DNA of 64,000 bases from Nanobdellati archaeon (GTDB lineage Archaea; EX4484-52; GLR71), in NCBI GenBank assembly GCA_019429005.1, contig JAHYJR010000001.1, forward strand, positions 14,271 through 78,270, read 5' to 3'. Positions within the stretch are counted from its first letter, which is position 1. Each line of letters begins with the position of its first letter. Shown piece by piece: positions 8,418 to 18,037 of the stretch. The notes under the pieces were generated by a model, which searched no databases, was not told the DNA's origin, and saw only the letters and a list, made by a program, of their open reading frames with translations. Both the position numbers and the translations under genes were made by a program.

Positions 8418-9170
8418 ATGAATGACAATATTGACAAAATTAAAAAAGCAATAGGTATTGATTTCAACCATATGCATGGACCTAATCCAAACACACCACA
8501 ACAAATGCAACCAAATAACATGCTAAATAATCAGCAAATAAGACAACAAAATCCTATAACACAAACAGCACCGCAAAACAGACCACCACAACAAATGCAA
8601 CCAAATAACATGCTAAATAATCAGCAAATAAGACAACAAAATCCTATAACACAAACAGCACCGCAAAACAGACCACCACAACAAATGCAACCAAATAACA
8701 TGCTAAATAATCAGCAAATAAGACAACAAAATCCTATAACACAAACAGCACCGCAAAACAGACCACCACAACAAATGCAACCACAAAACCAAACACAACA
8801 ACAGAATAAAACAGAAACAAAACATGAAAATACACATCAAATTAAAAAGGAATCACCAACAACACTTTTTGCTAAAATAGACAATCATTTAGAAATACGT
8901 AACAACACACTAAAAATAAGACAAAACATGAAAAAAATGATTGAAACAATAGCATTTCTTGCAGAAGCTGAAAAAATAAAAGAAGAAGCAATCAAAAAAA
9001 TGGAAATTGACATAAAAACACTTAAAGAAAAATTAGATTTAATAGATAGAGAATTAGTTTCTCCAGAATATGCAAATCGAAACTATGAAACAAACAATTC
9101 ATTCCAAGATCTTGATGGTTTACGTACAGATATAGCATCATTAAAATTGAACTTATCCACATTAAGATAA
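8418..9170 (+). CDS. Hypothetical Q/N-rich repeat protein with a C-terminal coiled coil
   Basis: Contains three identical 30-aa repeats (PQQMQPNNMLNNQQIRQQNPITQTAPQNRP), then a K/E-rich heptad region. No homology recognised. Confidence 0.5.
   Translation: MNDNIDKIKKAIGIDFNHMHGPNPNTPQQMQPNNMLNNQQIRQQNPITQTAPQNRPPQQMQPNNMLNNQQIRQQNPITQTAPQNRPPQQMQPNNMLNNQQIRQQNPITQTAPQNRPPQQMQPQNQTQQQNKTETKHENTHQIKKESPTTLFAKIDNHLEIRNNTLKIRQNMKKMIETIAFLAEAEKIKEEAIKKMEIDIKTLKEKLDLIDRELVSPEYANRNYETNNSFQDLDGLRTDIASLKLNLSTLR
8495..8772. repeat. Three perfect tandem copies of a 90-bp unit inside the 8418-9170 CDS
   Basis: The unit caccacaacaaatgcaaccaaataacatgctaaataatcagcaaataagacaacaaaatcctataacacaaacagcaccgcaaaacagac is repeated with identical nucleotides (period 90; starts near 8497, 8587 and 8677). 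Confidence 0.85.
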
Positions 9171-9221
9171 TTAAAAAAAGCACACATATTTAAAAAGTTG
9201 ACTTATCAAATATTTCTTTAT

Positions 9222-9328
9222 GCAGGGATCGCCAAGCTTGGTCAACGGCGATGGACTCAAAAAAAATAGATTAAATTGAGAGATCCATTCACTTAGTGTG
9301 TACGAGGGTTCAAATCCCTTTCCCTGCA
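9222..9328 (+). tRNA. tRNA-Leu(CAA), class II, with a 21-nt intron at the canonical 37/38 position
   Basis: GCAGGGA-TC-GCC..GGC-G-ATGGA-CTCAAA[aaaaatagattaaattgagag]A-TCCAT-TCACTTAGTGTGTAC (long variable arm)-GAGGG-TTCAAAT-CCCTT-TCCCTGC-A. Intron bases can pair with the anticodon loop (CTCAA/TTGAG), consistent with a bulge-helix-bulge context. CCA is not encoded. Confidence 0.75.
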
Positions 9329-9571
9329 TTAATATTTTATTCTAGCACACACAAAAATACATACTATATACAAGATAAAAACTCTAAAAGATATTAATAT
9401 TTTTTAAAAGTTTTAATTCTTAAATTAATATTTAAAAAGAATATAAAGTTAAGAACTAATCCTTGTATATCAATTACACAACACTCTATAGTTATCATTA
9501 TCTCATAGTAAATTATATAAATATTAAAAATCTATATTGATTAACAGTATTTAATTATTTTGGTGTTTTTT

Positions 9572-10858
9572 ATGAAAGGTTTAAAAGATGATTCAATAAC
9601 CGTTATTAACCCAGCTTGTACGGGATGTGATAAAAATACACATGAACTTTTTGATTTTAAAACTACAACTATACTTCGAACAGATAAAACTCAGTATGAA
9701 ACAACACCTAATCTTTATTTAGAGGACATTAAACCAATTTTAAATAAATATTTTGAATCTGTCATTAACTCAACTTATGATACAAAAAATCCTGAAAATC
9801 ATTTGATTTTTGAATTTTGTTTAAAACATACTGATTTAAACATGAAAAAAATCAAAGGTTATGCTAACCTTGCAGAACAAATTGAACAAGTTGCAAAAAC
9901 ATATGGATTAAAAGTGGAATTTACATATATTTCTACGAAGGATGAATCTATAAATTCAATCCATAAAGGATATGTAAGTGAACATTCTGATAGTTCACAC
10001 CATACAGAAATATTTGAAATAAATAATAATAATAATAGTTTTACTAACGATGAACTTGAAAATTGGAATACACAAATTATTACAGAATTTACAGATAGTA
10101 TGAACGACTATTATGATTCAATTTTACATTCAAAAGCTCTTGAAATTTCAAAATTGACCACAAAAACATTTAATCATTATGTTGATAAATCAATAGAACA
10201 ATTAAATGGCTTTGAACTTAGAGAATCGACTAAAAAAGAACTTAATCGTGTTAATGATCTTTTTTCTAGATATTCTGATGAAACTCAACAATTTTTAAAT
10301 TCGATTAACCTTATAGATACAAAAATAAAAAAATTGAAAAGCACACTCAATCCTAAAAATGATTTAGAAGAAGACAAAGGAGAACGCAAATTAAAAACAA
10401 CAGAATATCGCGACTTAACTAAACTAAAAACATTTACCAAAGAAAAATTCTTAAAAAAAATGCACACACATTTGATTGAAGAATATATTTCTAAAACAGA
10501 TAATAACCTTATTAGTTTAGTGAATTATGAAAAAAAACATATTTTGAATATACAAGAATCAATAACTAGAGATTTTGAACATTTAACAAATAAAGATCAA
10601 TTTCTTCATGATTTTTTAAAAGGCCTTCTAGTACAGGAATTAAAAAGCACGCTTAAGGATAATGAATTTGAATTCAAATATGATATTATGGACAATTTCA
10701 GTAAAAACTATGAAAACTCAGATGAAAAACATAAAGGATTACATGAAAATAAAGTTGTTATAAGTAATAACCGTGGAGAAGATCATCTCAAAAGATATCA
10801 AATAAATTATTTTGATAATGGAATAACAAATCTTGCATTATTAATAAAAGAATATTAA
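9572..10858 (+). CDS. Hypothetical protein (about 430 aa), no recognisable domain
   Basis: Long uninterrupted ORF. N-terminal CTGC motif, poly-N stretch and a K/E-rich helical C-terminal half. ORF-track start 9560 is TTG; ATG at 9572. Confidence 0.4.
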   Translation: MKGLKDDSITVINPACTGCDKNTHELFDFKTTTILRTDKTQYETTPNLYLEDIKPILNKYFESVINSTYDTKNPENHLIFEFCLKHTDLNMKKIKGYANLAEQIEQVAKTYGLKVEFTYISTKDESINSIHKGYVSEHSDSSHHTEIFEINNNNNSFTNDELENWNTQIITEFTDSMNDYYDSILHSKALEISKLTTKTFNHYVDKSIEQLNGFELRESTKKELNRVNDLFSRYSDETQQFLNSINLIDTKIKKLKSTLNPKNDLEEDKGERKLKTTEYRDLTKLKTFTKEKFLKKMHTHLIEEYISKTDNNLISLVNYEKKHILNIQESITRDFEHLTNKDQFLHDFLKGLLVQELKSTLKDNEFEFKYDIMDNFSKNYENSDEKHKGLHENKVVISNNRGEDHLKRYQINYFDNGITNLALLIKEY

Positions 10859-10988
10859 CTTAGTAAATTAATTTAGAATTGAAATAATTTATATTGAAAA
10901 ATAAAGAATTTTAAACCTTAAAAATCAGATATGAAAATATAACAAACTGAAAAGAACATTTTGAAAAATGGTTAACATACTTATAAGT

Positions 10989-11585
10989 TTATAATTTTTC
11001 GATTAAATCCCCACCTGGAGAAACTTCTGAAAACACCTGTGCCTGAAACTTAAACACAGATACATCTTCATCTTTATACGCATCTTTTTTAAATCCGGCC
11101 TTTAAACAAGTGTTTTCAAGAAAACTAAGTGCATCCATATTATTATCCGTTGCAACTTGAGGCAATAAAAGACCAGAATCAATGGAGTTCTGAACAATAA
11201 GTCCATCTTTACCGATACAAATATTTTTGATATAATCTAAAGATTCTAATCCATTAACATCAATCAATTCTGGAACCGTTAATACAGATATTTCAATAAT
11301 AACCGAACCAGCATCCCTTTGTGTTAACGGCTCAAAACGAGAATCATCAAAAGCAGCAGATTTTGCAACAGTGCAAACAGCCTCAGATAATTCATAAACA
11401 GGATATGGAAACCCAACACAACCTTTAAGATCATGTGTTTTGTAATCCAAAAAAGTGACAAAAACACCATGTTTATTTTTTAAAAAATCAGAATTTACAT
11501 TTAAAACAGTACCAGACACATTTAAACCAAAAACAGATTCTCTTGAAAGTTTTACAAGTATCCTAAATTCATCAATAGACAACAT
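10989..11585 (-). CDS. AMMECR1-domain protein
   Basis: GVFVTFLDYKTHDLKGCVGFPYP matches the AMMECR1 signature (GvFVTl....LRGCIG). 198 aa. Confidence 0.7.
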   Translation of the reverse strand: MLSIDEFRILVKLSRESVFGLNVSGTVLNVNSDFLKNKHGVFVTFLDYKTHDLKGCVGFPYPVYELSEAVCTVAKSAAFDDSRFEPLTQRDAGSVIIEISVLTVPELIDVNGLESLDYIKNICIGKDGLIVQNSIDSGLLLPQVATDNNMDALSFLENTCLKAGFKKDAYKDEDVSVFKFQAQVFSEVSPGGDLIEKL

Positions 11586-11624
11586 ATTTATATAATTAAC
11601 TAATTAAAATTAATAAGTTTACCT

Positions 11625-11698
11625 GGGCCGGTGGTCTAGTTGGTTATGACGTTGCCCTTACAAGGCGAAGATCGCCAGTTCAAATCTGGCTCGGCCCA
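11625..11698 (+). tRNA. tRNA-Val(TAC), with genomically encoded CCA at 11699-11701
   Basis: GGGCCGG-TG-GTCT-AGTTGGTTA-TGAC-G-TTGCC-CTTACAA-GGCGA-AGATC-GCCAG-TTCAAAT-CTGGC-TCGGCCC-A-CCA. Canonical cloverleaf with anticodon TAC. Confidence 0.85.
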
Positions 11699-11719
11699 CC
11701 AATTTAAAAGGCAATTCAT

Positions 11720-12250
11720 ATGAATACCTTAATTCTCTTAATTATTCAAGCAATGTGGTTTATATTGCCTGCATACATTGCAAATCCAACACCAGTTCTC
11801 TTAAAAGGCACACATCCAATAGATTTAGGGAAAAAATTCAGAGACGGTAACCCTATTCTCGGTAAAGGCAAAACGTGGGAAGGTTTGCTAGGGGGCACTA
11901 TCACAGGTGGCCTAATAGGCTTGATACAAGGACAATTATGGCACACATATTCACTTGAAATTTATGGTTTAACTGAAATGACAATGGGTCTTGGTATTGT
12001 CCTTGGTTTCGGTGCATTATTTGGAGATCTTCTTGGAAGTTTTATAAAAAGACGATATAATGTCAAACGTGGAGAACAATTCCCAATATTAGACCAATTA
12101 GATTTCATAATTGGTGCATACTTCATAACGTCATTTGTAATTGACATCAAATTTGATTGGATTCTTATTTGGGTAATAGTGACGCCAGCAATACATAAAA
12201 CTGCAAATTATATAGCATACAAGCTTAAATTAAAAGATGTACCTTGGTAA
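11720..12250 (+). CDS. carS: CDP-archaeol synthase (CDP-2,3-bis-O-geranylgeranyl-sn-glycerol synthase, DUF46 family)
   Basis: MNTLILLIIQAMWFILPAYIANPTPVLL...GKGKTWEGLLGG matches the CarS N-terminus and the GKTWEG motif. 176 aa with about 5 TM segments. Confidence 0.75.
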   Translation: MNTLILLIIQAMWFILPAYIANPTPVLLKGTHPIDLGKKFRDGNPILGKGKTWEGLLGGTITGGLIGLIQGQLWHTYSLEIYGLTEMTMGLGIVLGFGALFGDLLGSFIKRRYNVKRGEQFPILDQLDFIIGAYFITSFVIDIKFDWILIWVIVTPAIHKTANYIAYKLKLKDVPW

Positions 12251-12287
12251 ATCTAAAATTAATTAAATAATTAATTAATTAACAACT

Positions 12288-13076
12288 TTAAAATGAAATT
12301 ATCTGAAGCAAATCGCGAAGTCCTGTAATCAACCCTAAAGTGAAAATCACAAGCTTAAAGAACTTTTTCTCTTCTTCAGTATCTGAATACAAATCAATAA
12401 AATAAAGTGCAACAAGCACAACAGAAATCTTCAAAGGAAACATTATCGCAGGTCCAAAAATATTTATAAGAAATAATGGAAGCACATGTTTTTCCACAAA
12501 ACCAAAATAATTAATTCCAACAAACGTTGCAGTTGCATCAAAAAGCTGAGACATTAAAACAATTACATTAATATCTGTCAAAAGCTTTGGAAATGATTTG
12601 CGAACAGATAAAACTGCAAATAAACAAATTGCAAAAATTACAACAAAATATAAAAATCCAGACAAATTCACAAAAGGTATTCTAACAATATTAAATAACG
12701 ATATCAAAAAACCAGAAGGTAACCATATCGAATTATAAGAAATGCCATATAAGTTCTCAAGATATTTTGAAATTACAAGTGTAAAAAAAGCACTACCACA
12801 GATAACAACAGCAAGTCCAGGCGTTACCGCCCAAATCGTATCATAAATGCCAACATCTTCAAGAACACGTATTGCAGATGCTGCAACAATCCATCCCGAC
12901 CAACCTAAAATAAAATTAAGATCCATATTAATTTTCTTTTTCTGAATAAAACTAAAAACAAAAAACATAAACGCAATAAAAATGATTGCATACACAGTTG
13001 TATTTACAAGATTATAACCAGTATCATTAAACCACGGCTGTATTATTGTATTGTTTAAAGATTCAGAAAAAGACAT
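12288..13076 (-). CDS. Conserved archaeal integral membrane protein (possibly DUF63-like)
   Basis: 262 aa with 7-8 hydrophobic segments. No catalytic motif recognised; the family assignment is tentative. Confidence 0.3.
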   Translation of the reverse strand: MSFSESLNNTIIQPWFNDTGYNLVNTTVYAIIFIAFMFFVFSFIQKKKINMDLNFILGWSGWIVAASAIRVLEDVGIYDTIWAVTPGLAVVICGSAFFTLVISKYLENLYGISYNSIWLPSGFLISLFNIVRIPFVNLSGFLYFVVIFAICLFAVLSVRKSFPKLLTDINVIVLMSQLFDATATFVGINYFGFVEKHVLPLFLINIFGPAIMFPLKISVVLVALYFIDLYSDTEEEKKFFKLVIFTLGLITGLRDLLQIISF

Positions 13077-13173
13077 AATATATTATGCCTAAATTAACTA
13101 TAAATATCTATATATTTGACAAAAACATATAACCGAAAAAAAAAGAAATAAAAAAATATAGAAAACAAAAAAA

Positions 13174-13821
13174 CTAAATATCAAACAATTTCTTAAGTCT
13201 CAAAGAATACCATCTTATAATCGAACGTGTAGTTATATTTTTACCAAAAAGTTTAGTATTTCCACGTCTGACTTCTTTCAAAGCTCCAGAAATATTATCC
13301 GCTTTAACAGAAGTATACACATTACCAATTTCAGAAAGTGTATGTGCATCACTGCCTGCAACCTTTGAGATATTATGTTTAACAGCTAAATTTTGAGTTA
13401 TCCCATTCCCAATAAATGTCCGTGCATTAAATACTTCTACAGCATCAAACTTATAATCAATAAACTTGCGACCCACACCCCTATGATACATAAAAAAAGA
13501 ATACGGATGTGCTGCAATAGCAATACCACCTTGATCATGAATACTATCAATAGTCTCCAAAATAGTCCTTTTTGGTTTTATTGGTTCAGAAATATCAAGT
13601 GCTAATATATCTCCTGAAATCGTTTTTACTTCACATCCTAAAATAACAGGAAAATTATATTTTTTACTCATCTGTTTTGCAAGTGTATGACCTTTTATTG
13701 TGTTATGATCTGTTATCGCAATACAGTCAAGACCTACTTGTTTAGCACGTAAAATAGCATCTTTTATTTCAATAAAACCGTCAGAAGAATATATTGTATG
13801 TGTATGGAAATCAATCTTCAT
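13174..13821 (-). CDS. PHP-domain metal-dependent phosphoesterase
   Basis: MKIDFHTHTIYSSDG (HxH metal site), ITDHNT, AHP and GSDAHT motifs of the PHP (polymerase/histidinol phosphatase) family. 215 aa. Confidence 0.75.
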   Translation of the reverse strand: MKIDFHTHTIYSSDGFIEIKDAILRAKQVGLDCIAITDHNTIKGHTLAKQMSKKYNFPVILGCEVKTISGDILALDISEPIKPKRTILETIDSIHDQGGIAIAAHPYSFFMYHRGVGRKFIDYKFDAVEVFNARTFIGNGITQNLAVKHNISKVAGSDAHTLSEIGNVYTSVKADNISGALKEVRRGNTKLFGKNITTRSIIRWYSLRLKKLFDI

Positions 13822-14018
13822 TAAAAAACCTTAAAAACATTTAATAAACTAAATATAATTCAATATAAAATATAATACATCTATTAAAATATAAACCTAT
13901 TAAAATAAACCCACTAAAAGATAACAGATTTAAAATAGATAAATTATACTATATATTAATAGATTATTAAAAATATTAAAATAACCTATTTATTTAAAAA
14001 TAAATCTTTGTGATAAAA

Positions 14019-14357
14019 ATGAAACAGGCAATTATTATACGTTCTGACATAAAACTTTCAAAAGGTAAAATAGCTGCACAAGCAGCACATGCATCACTTG
14101 AAGCTTATAAAAAAACAACATTCTTGAATAAAGCTGCATGGGAACTTCAAGGCCAAAAAAAAGTAGTATTGAAAGTAAACAGTGAAGAAGAACTAATATT
14201 AATTTTTGGTAAATGTAAAAATGAAAAATTACCAGTTTCAATCATAAGAGATGCTGGAAAAACACAAGTAACGCCCGGCACACTTACAGCTGTTGGTATT
14301 GGTCCTGCAAAAGAAGCAGAAATTGATAAAGTTGTAGGAAAACTTAAACTATTATAA
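14019..14357 (+). CDS. pth2: Peptidyl-tRNA hydrolase, archaeal type (Pth2)
   Basis: MKQAIIIRSDIKLSKGKIAAQAAHASLEAY...KVVLKV...IRDAGKTQVTPGTLTAVGIGP...GKLKLL matches the Pth2 consensus. ORF-track start 14010 is GTG; ATG at 14019. Confidence 0.8.
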   Translation: MKQAIIIRSDIKLSKGKIAAQAAHASLEAYKKTTFLNKAAWELQGQKKVVLKVNSEEELILIFGKCKNEKLPVSIIRDAGKTQVTPGTLTAVGIGPAKEAEIDKVVGKLKLL

Positions 14358-14370
14358 TACGGTTTTAAAT

Positions 14371-15606
14371 ATGCTTGAAAACATAATGTTTATAATCAGT
14401 TTTATAAGCTTATACCTATCTGTTTTTTGGTTAAATATACATTATATCGAAAAACATGATATCAAAAAGACATACATCCTCACAAAAAAACCAATGATAA
14501 CGTTTCTATTACCTGCATATAATGAAGAAAAAACAATAACTAGAACAATACAATCTATAATAAATGTTAATTATCCAAAAAATCTTTTTGAAATTATCAT
14601 CATAGACGATGGCTCTAAAGATAAAACCGCATCAATCGTTAAAGATTTAATTAAACAATATACTAATATTAAAATTAAATTGCTCCAACAAAAAAATAAT
14701 GGTAAGGCCTCGGCACTAAATAATGGAATGACTAAAGCAACTGGAGAATATATCGCAATTGTAGATGCAGATTCACGAATTGAACCTAATTCAATAAAAT
14801 ATTTAATACCACATTTATATGAAAAAGATGTAGGTGCTGTAATAAGTTGTATTAAAATTGAAAATCCAAAAACAATAGTTGAACGACTTCAAAACATTGA
14901 GTACCTTATATCTACATTATTTAGACGATTATTTTCATCACTTGGAACACTTTTTGTCACACCGGGAGTATTGAGTTTATATAAAAAAGAAGCATTAGAT
15001 ACGGTTGGAAAATTTGATGAAGGAAATCTTACCGAAGATTTTGAAATCGCAATGAGATTACAATATAATGGCTATAATATCAAAAGTGAAATTAACAGTA
15101 TAACATATACAAAGGCACCAAATACATTTAAAGCGCTTGCAAAACAACGAATCAGATGGAATCGTGGATTTATTTATAACACTTTAAAATATAAAGACAT
15201 GCTTATCGGAAACAAATTCAACATATTAGTACGATTTCAAATTTCATTAAGTGTAATAGGTGCATTAATGCTTATGCTTGGAAGTGCAATTGTAACCTAT
15301 GGTGTACTAGATAAAATTTACACATACATAATAAAAGCTATAACCATAAAAAGTTTGCCAAGATTATACGATATACCTAAGCTAAATGAGTTTATATTAA
15401 GTATGAATATAAAATTAATGATACCATTAATATTACTAACAATAATAGGTCTATATTTCATTAAAAAAGCACATAATTATACCGATGAAAAAATGAAAAT
15501 ATCTCCAATATTATTCATGTATATAATAATATACCCCCTATTGCTTGCAAAATATTGGATAATTGGCTTCATACAAGAATATCGAAACGCAAAAAAAGAG
15601 TGGTAA
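14371..15606 (+). CDS. Processive family-2 glycosyltransferase (CesA/chitin-synthase-like) with N- and C-terminal TM segments
   Basis: GT-A motifs LLPAYNEE, IIIDDGSKD, AIVDADS (DxD), TED and the processive signature QRIRWNRG (QxxRW). C-terminal TM bundle. Confidence 0.75.
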   Translation: MLENIMFIISFISLYLSVFWLNIHYIEKHDIKKTYILTKKPMITFLLPAYNEEKTITRTIQSIINVNYPKNLFEIIIIDDGSKDKTASIVKDLIKQYTNIKIKLLQQKNNGKASALNNGMTKATGEYIAIVDADSRIEPNSIKYLIPHLYEKDVGAVISCIKIENPKTIVERLQNIEYLISTLFRRLFSSLGTLFVTPGVLSLYKKEALDTVGKFDEGNLTEDFEIAMRLQYNGYNIKSEINSITYTKAPNTFKALAKQRIRWNRGFIYNTLKYKDMLIGNKFNILVRFQISLSVIGALMLMLGSAIVTYGVLDKIYTYIIKAITIKSLPRLYDIPKLNEFILSMNIKLMIPLILLTIIGLYFIKKAHNYTDEKMKISPILFMYIIIYPLLLAKYWIIGFIQEYRNAKKEW

Positions 15607-15607
15607 T

Positions 15608-16276
15608 ATGACACAAGAATTAAAACGAAAATATCAAAAACACATGCTTATTACAAGTATGATTATAACTGTTGCTATATTTTTTGCAGGCATGCTTTTT
15701 GGTATTGGACTTGATAAATACCGTATCAAAGAAGTCACAAACATATTAAATCAAAACGAACTTGATATGCAAAGTTACATAACAGAACAAATGTTTTTTG
15801 AAAATCTTGATACAAATGAATGTGAACTAATAAAAACATCAATAATAAGCCTTACAAAAACAATTAGTAATATAGGACGTAAACTGGAACTATATGGAAG
15901 TAAAACAACATTTGAAAATAGCGAATTTGATTATCTTAAAAGAAAATATTTTATCTCTGAAATTAGACTTTACAACCACATAACAAGTTATAGAAAAGAT
16001 TGTGGTGCTAATTATGATGTACTTTTATATTTTTATAAAATTGATGATGAGCTTTCAATAAGACAAGGATATATATTAGATGACTTATTTTTAGAAAGAA
16101 ATAATGATATGACAACATTATCCTTTGATATTGAATATAAAGAAGAACCACTTCTAGACATAATCAAACAAAAATATAACATAACACAAAGTCCTGCAAT
16201 AATCATAAACGGAGACAAAACATTTCAAGGAAAAATAATAAATAAATATGAAATCAAAGAATATTTAAATAATTAA
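15608..16276 (+). CDS. Hypothetical N-terminally membrane-anchored extracytoplasmic protein, probably co-transcribed with the glycosyltransferase
   Basis: Starts 1 nt after the GT2 stop (ATG 15608; ORF-track start 15563 lies inside the upstream gene). Single N-terminal TM (MLITSMIITVAIFFAGMLFGIGL), then a soluble domain. No homology recognised. Confidence 0.4.
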   Translation: MTQELKRKYQKHMLITSMIITVAIFFAGMLFGIGLDKYRIKEVTNILNQNELDMQSYITEQMFFENLDTNECELIKTSIISLTKTISNIGRKLELYGSKTTFENSEFDYLKRKYFISEIRLYNHITSYRKDCGANYDVLLYFYKIDDELSIRQGYILDDLFLERNNDMTTLSFDIEYKEEPLLDIIKQKYNITQSPAIIINGDKTFQGKIINKYEIKEYLNN

Positions 16277-16293
16277 ATTACGTGTGATAATTG

Positions 16294-16704
16294 ATGAAAA
16301 AAGACAAAAACACTAAAACTGAAACAAAGACTAAAGAAATTGAAACCGAAAATAAAAAAAACGAAACAGATACTAAAAAAAATGAAACAAAAAACACTAA
16401 AACAAAAGATGAAAAACCTAAACAAATAGACAAAAGTCTTATTATATTATTAATAATAATACTAATATTACTAGTTTTTTCAATCAATATAATATCAAAT
16501 AAAATCCAATATGATGCTACAATGAGAGAATGTAAAGAAATAGAAAATCATGAAAGCCTTTCAATACCATGTAACTGTTACCCATACACTAAACCTGAAG
16601 ACATTTCGGAAATTATTAAAAAAAATACTAACCAGTTTTGTAGATGTTTATGTGAAATTGGAGAAAACCAAACAAAATATTTTGATATATTAAGAGCAAA
16701 ATAA
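16294..16704 (+). CDS. Hypothetical small membrane protein with a K/E/T-rich N-terminus and a Cys-rich extracytoplasmic C-terminus
   Basis: 137-aa ORF with a low-complexity KTETKTKE region, one TM helix and 6 Cys in the C-terminal 70 aa. ATG at 16294 (ORF-track start is TTG at 16291). Confidence 0.35.
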   Translation: MKKDKNTKTETKTKEIETENKKNETDTKKNETKNTKTKDEKPKQIDKSLIILLIIILILLVFSINIISNKIQYDATMRECKEIENHESLSIPCNCYPYTKPEDISEIIKKNTNQFCRCLCEIGENQTKYFDILRAK

Positions 16705-16750
16705 ACATTAATTCAAAAGATTTTAACATATATAAAATAAAAAACCAAAT

Positions 16751-17995
16751 TTATAAATTAAAAAATTCTCTCAAAAATACTGTTGCATAAGATCCTTTTG
16801 AAAGAGTAAATGCTATTTTAATTTTACTACGACCCACATTCAAATCGTCTTCAGAAATATCAATTACTTTAAAATCTCGTGCAAACTCAAATGCATTTCT
16901 ATTACCACCTTTAGAAGATAATACCTCCATACCCTCTACCCTAAAATCAGATAAATCTATTTTTTCTTCAGAAAAAACCAAACGAAGCGCATCAACAAGG
17001 TTCCGATTCCTAGGTAAGTTCATATGATAACCAAAATAAGGTATCTGTATTTTTTTATCTGAAATATTACCTTTAATCAAAATATTAAGCACTTTATTAA
17101 AAAGATATGATTGATATGCGTGTATAAACATACGCCTAAGTTGAAGCGGAAATTTCTGTATTGCACCTTTATAATTTTCAGGATAATCTACAAGATATTG
17201 TACAAGCATACGCTCATAACTTTTAAGATCATTACTTTCAAGAGCTTGTTTGGGATTGCTTGCGGCTAAAGTTCTAATTGCAGCAGATCTAGAATTATCG
17301 CCAGGAAATATTTTTGAAACATAATCCAAAACAGCACTCTTATAATTACCCTTAAGAATATGCTTACCTATTATATGCGTAATTGGCCTCTTATCACCAA
17401 AACGTTGCGGTCCAAAATAATTCGGATACGGAATAGTTTCTTTAAAATCAAAAAAGGTGCTTAACTTATCACTTACACAATCAATATTACGTAAAACGAT
17501 TGTAAAACGATTACCCAACAAATCTCCAAGCTGTATTTTAGAGCCACAACCAAGGTATTTTAACGAAATATCTTTTACATTAAAATTAGATATAGCTTCT
17601 TTTGTAGTATTTGCTATAGATATTATTTGTGTTGTTACTGCCCGTTTATCTTTGGTACCCGCAAAAGCTATGTCATTTCGACGCACATTCAATGCTTTAG
17701 CTACAACATCAATGGCTTTAAATGGGTCATAATCTATTTTGTGTAGTAAGACATAACTAACACCCCCATCCCCCCCACGTACCGTACCAACACTACCAAC
17801 ATTTCTATCCTGTTGAGTTCCCTTACTATATTTAAGAATATCAAAATTAAAATTATCTTCGCTAACAGAATCAAAAGACATTAACTGACCTGAACGAGAT
17901 ATCTCCTCCACCACAAAATCCGACGGAATCTGCTTTAATTTTGCATGAAGTTTAACTCCAGACCTAAGAGTCAAAATCGTTGATAAAGAATCCAT
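16751..17995 (-). CDS. truD: tRNA pseudouridine(13) synthase TruD/Pus7
   Basis: SDFVVEEI near the N-terminus and AFAGTKDKRAVTTQIISI (the TruD catalytic Asp motif GxKD..AvTtQ). 414 aa from ATG 17995 (ORF-track start is GTG at 18007). Confidence 0.8.
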   Translation of the reverse strand: MDSLSTILTLRSGVKLHAKLKQIPSDFVVEEISRSGQLMSFDSVSEDNFNFDILKYSKGTQQDRNVGSVGTVRGGDGGVSYVLLHKIDYDPFKAIDVVAKALNVRRNDIAFAGTKDKRAVTTQIISIANTTKEAISNFNVKDISLKYLGCGSKIQLGDLLGNRFTIVLRNIDCVSDKLSTFFDFKETIPYPNYFGPQRFGDKRPITHIIGKHILKGNYKSAVLDYVSKIFPGDNSRSAAIRTLAASNPKQALESNDLKSYERMLVQYLVDYPENYKGAIQKFPLQLRRMFIHAYQSYLFNKVLNILIKGNISDKKIQIPYFGYHMNLPRNRNLVDALRLVFSEEKIDLSDFRVEGMEVLSSKGGNRNAFEFARDFKVIDISEDDLNVGRSKIKIAFTLSKGSYATVFLREFFNL

Positions 17996-18037
17996 ATTAT
18001 ATAACACAATAAAATTTAAAAAAGAAGAAATGAGACA

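Noticed and set aside
9222-11701. Integrated mobile element between tRNA-Leu and tRNA-Val
   Set aside because: No integrase or recombinase, no duplicated tRNA 3' end (att) and no compositional discontinuity. The interval holds an ordinary AMMECR1 gene and one orphan ORF.
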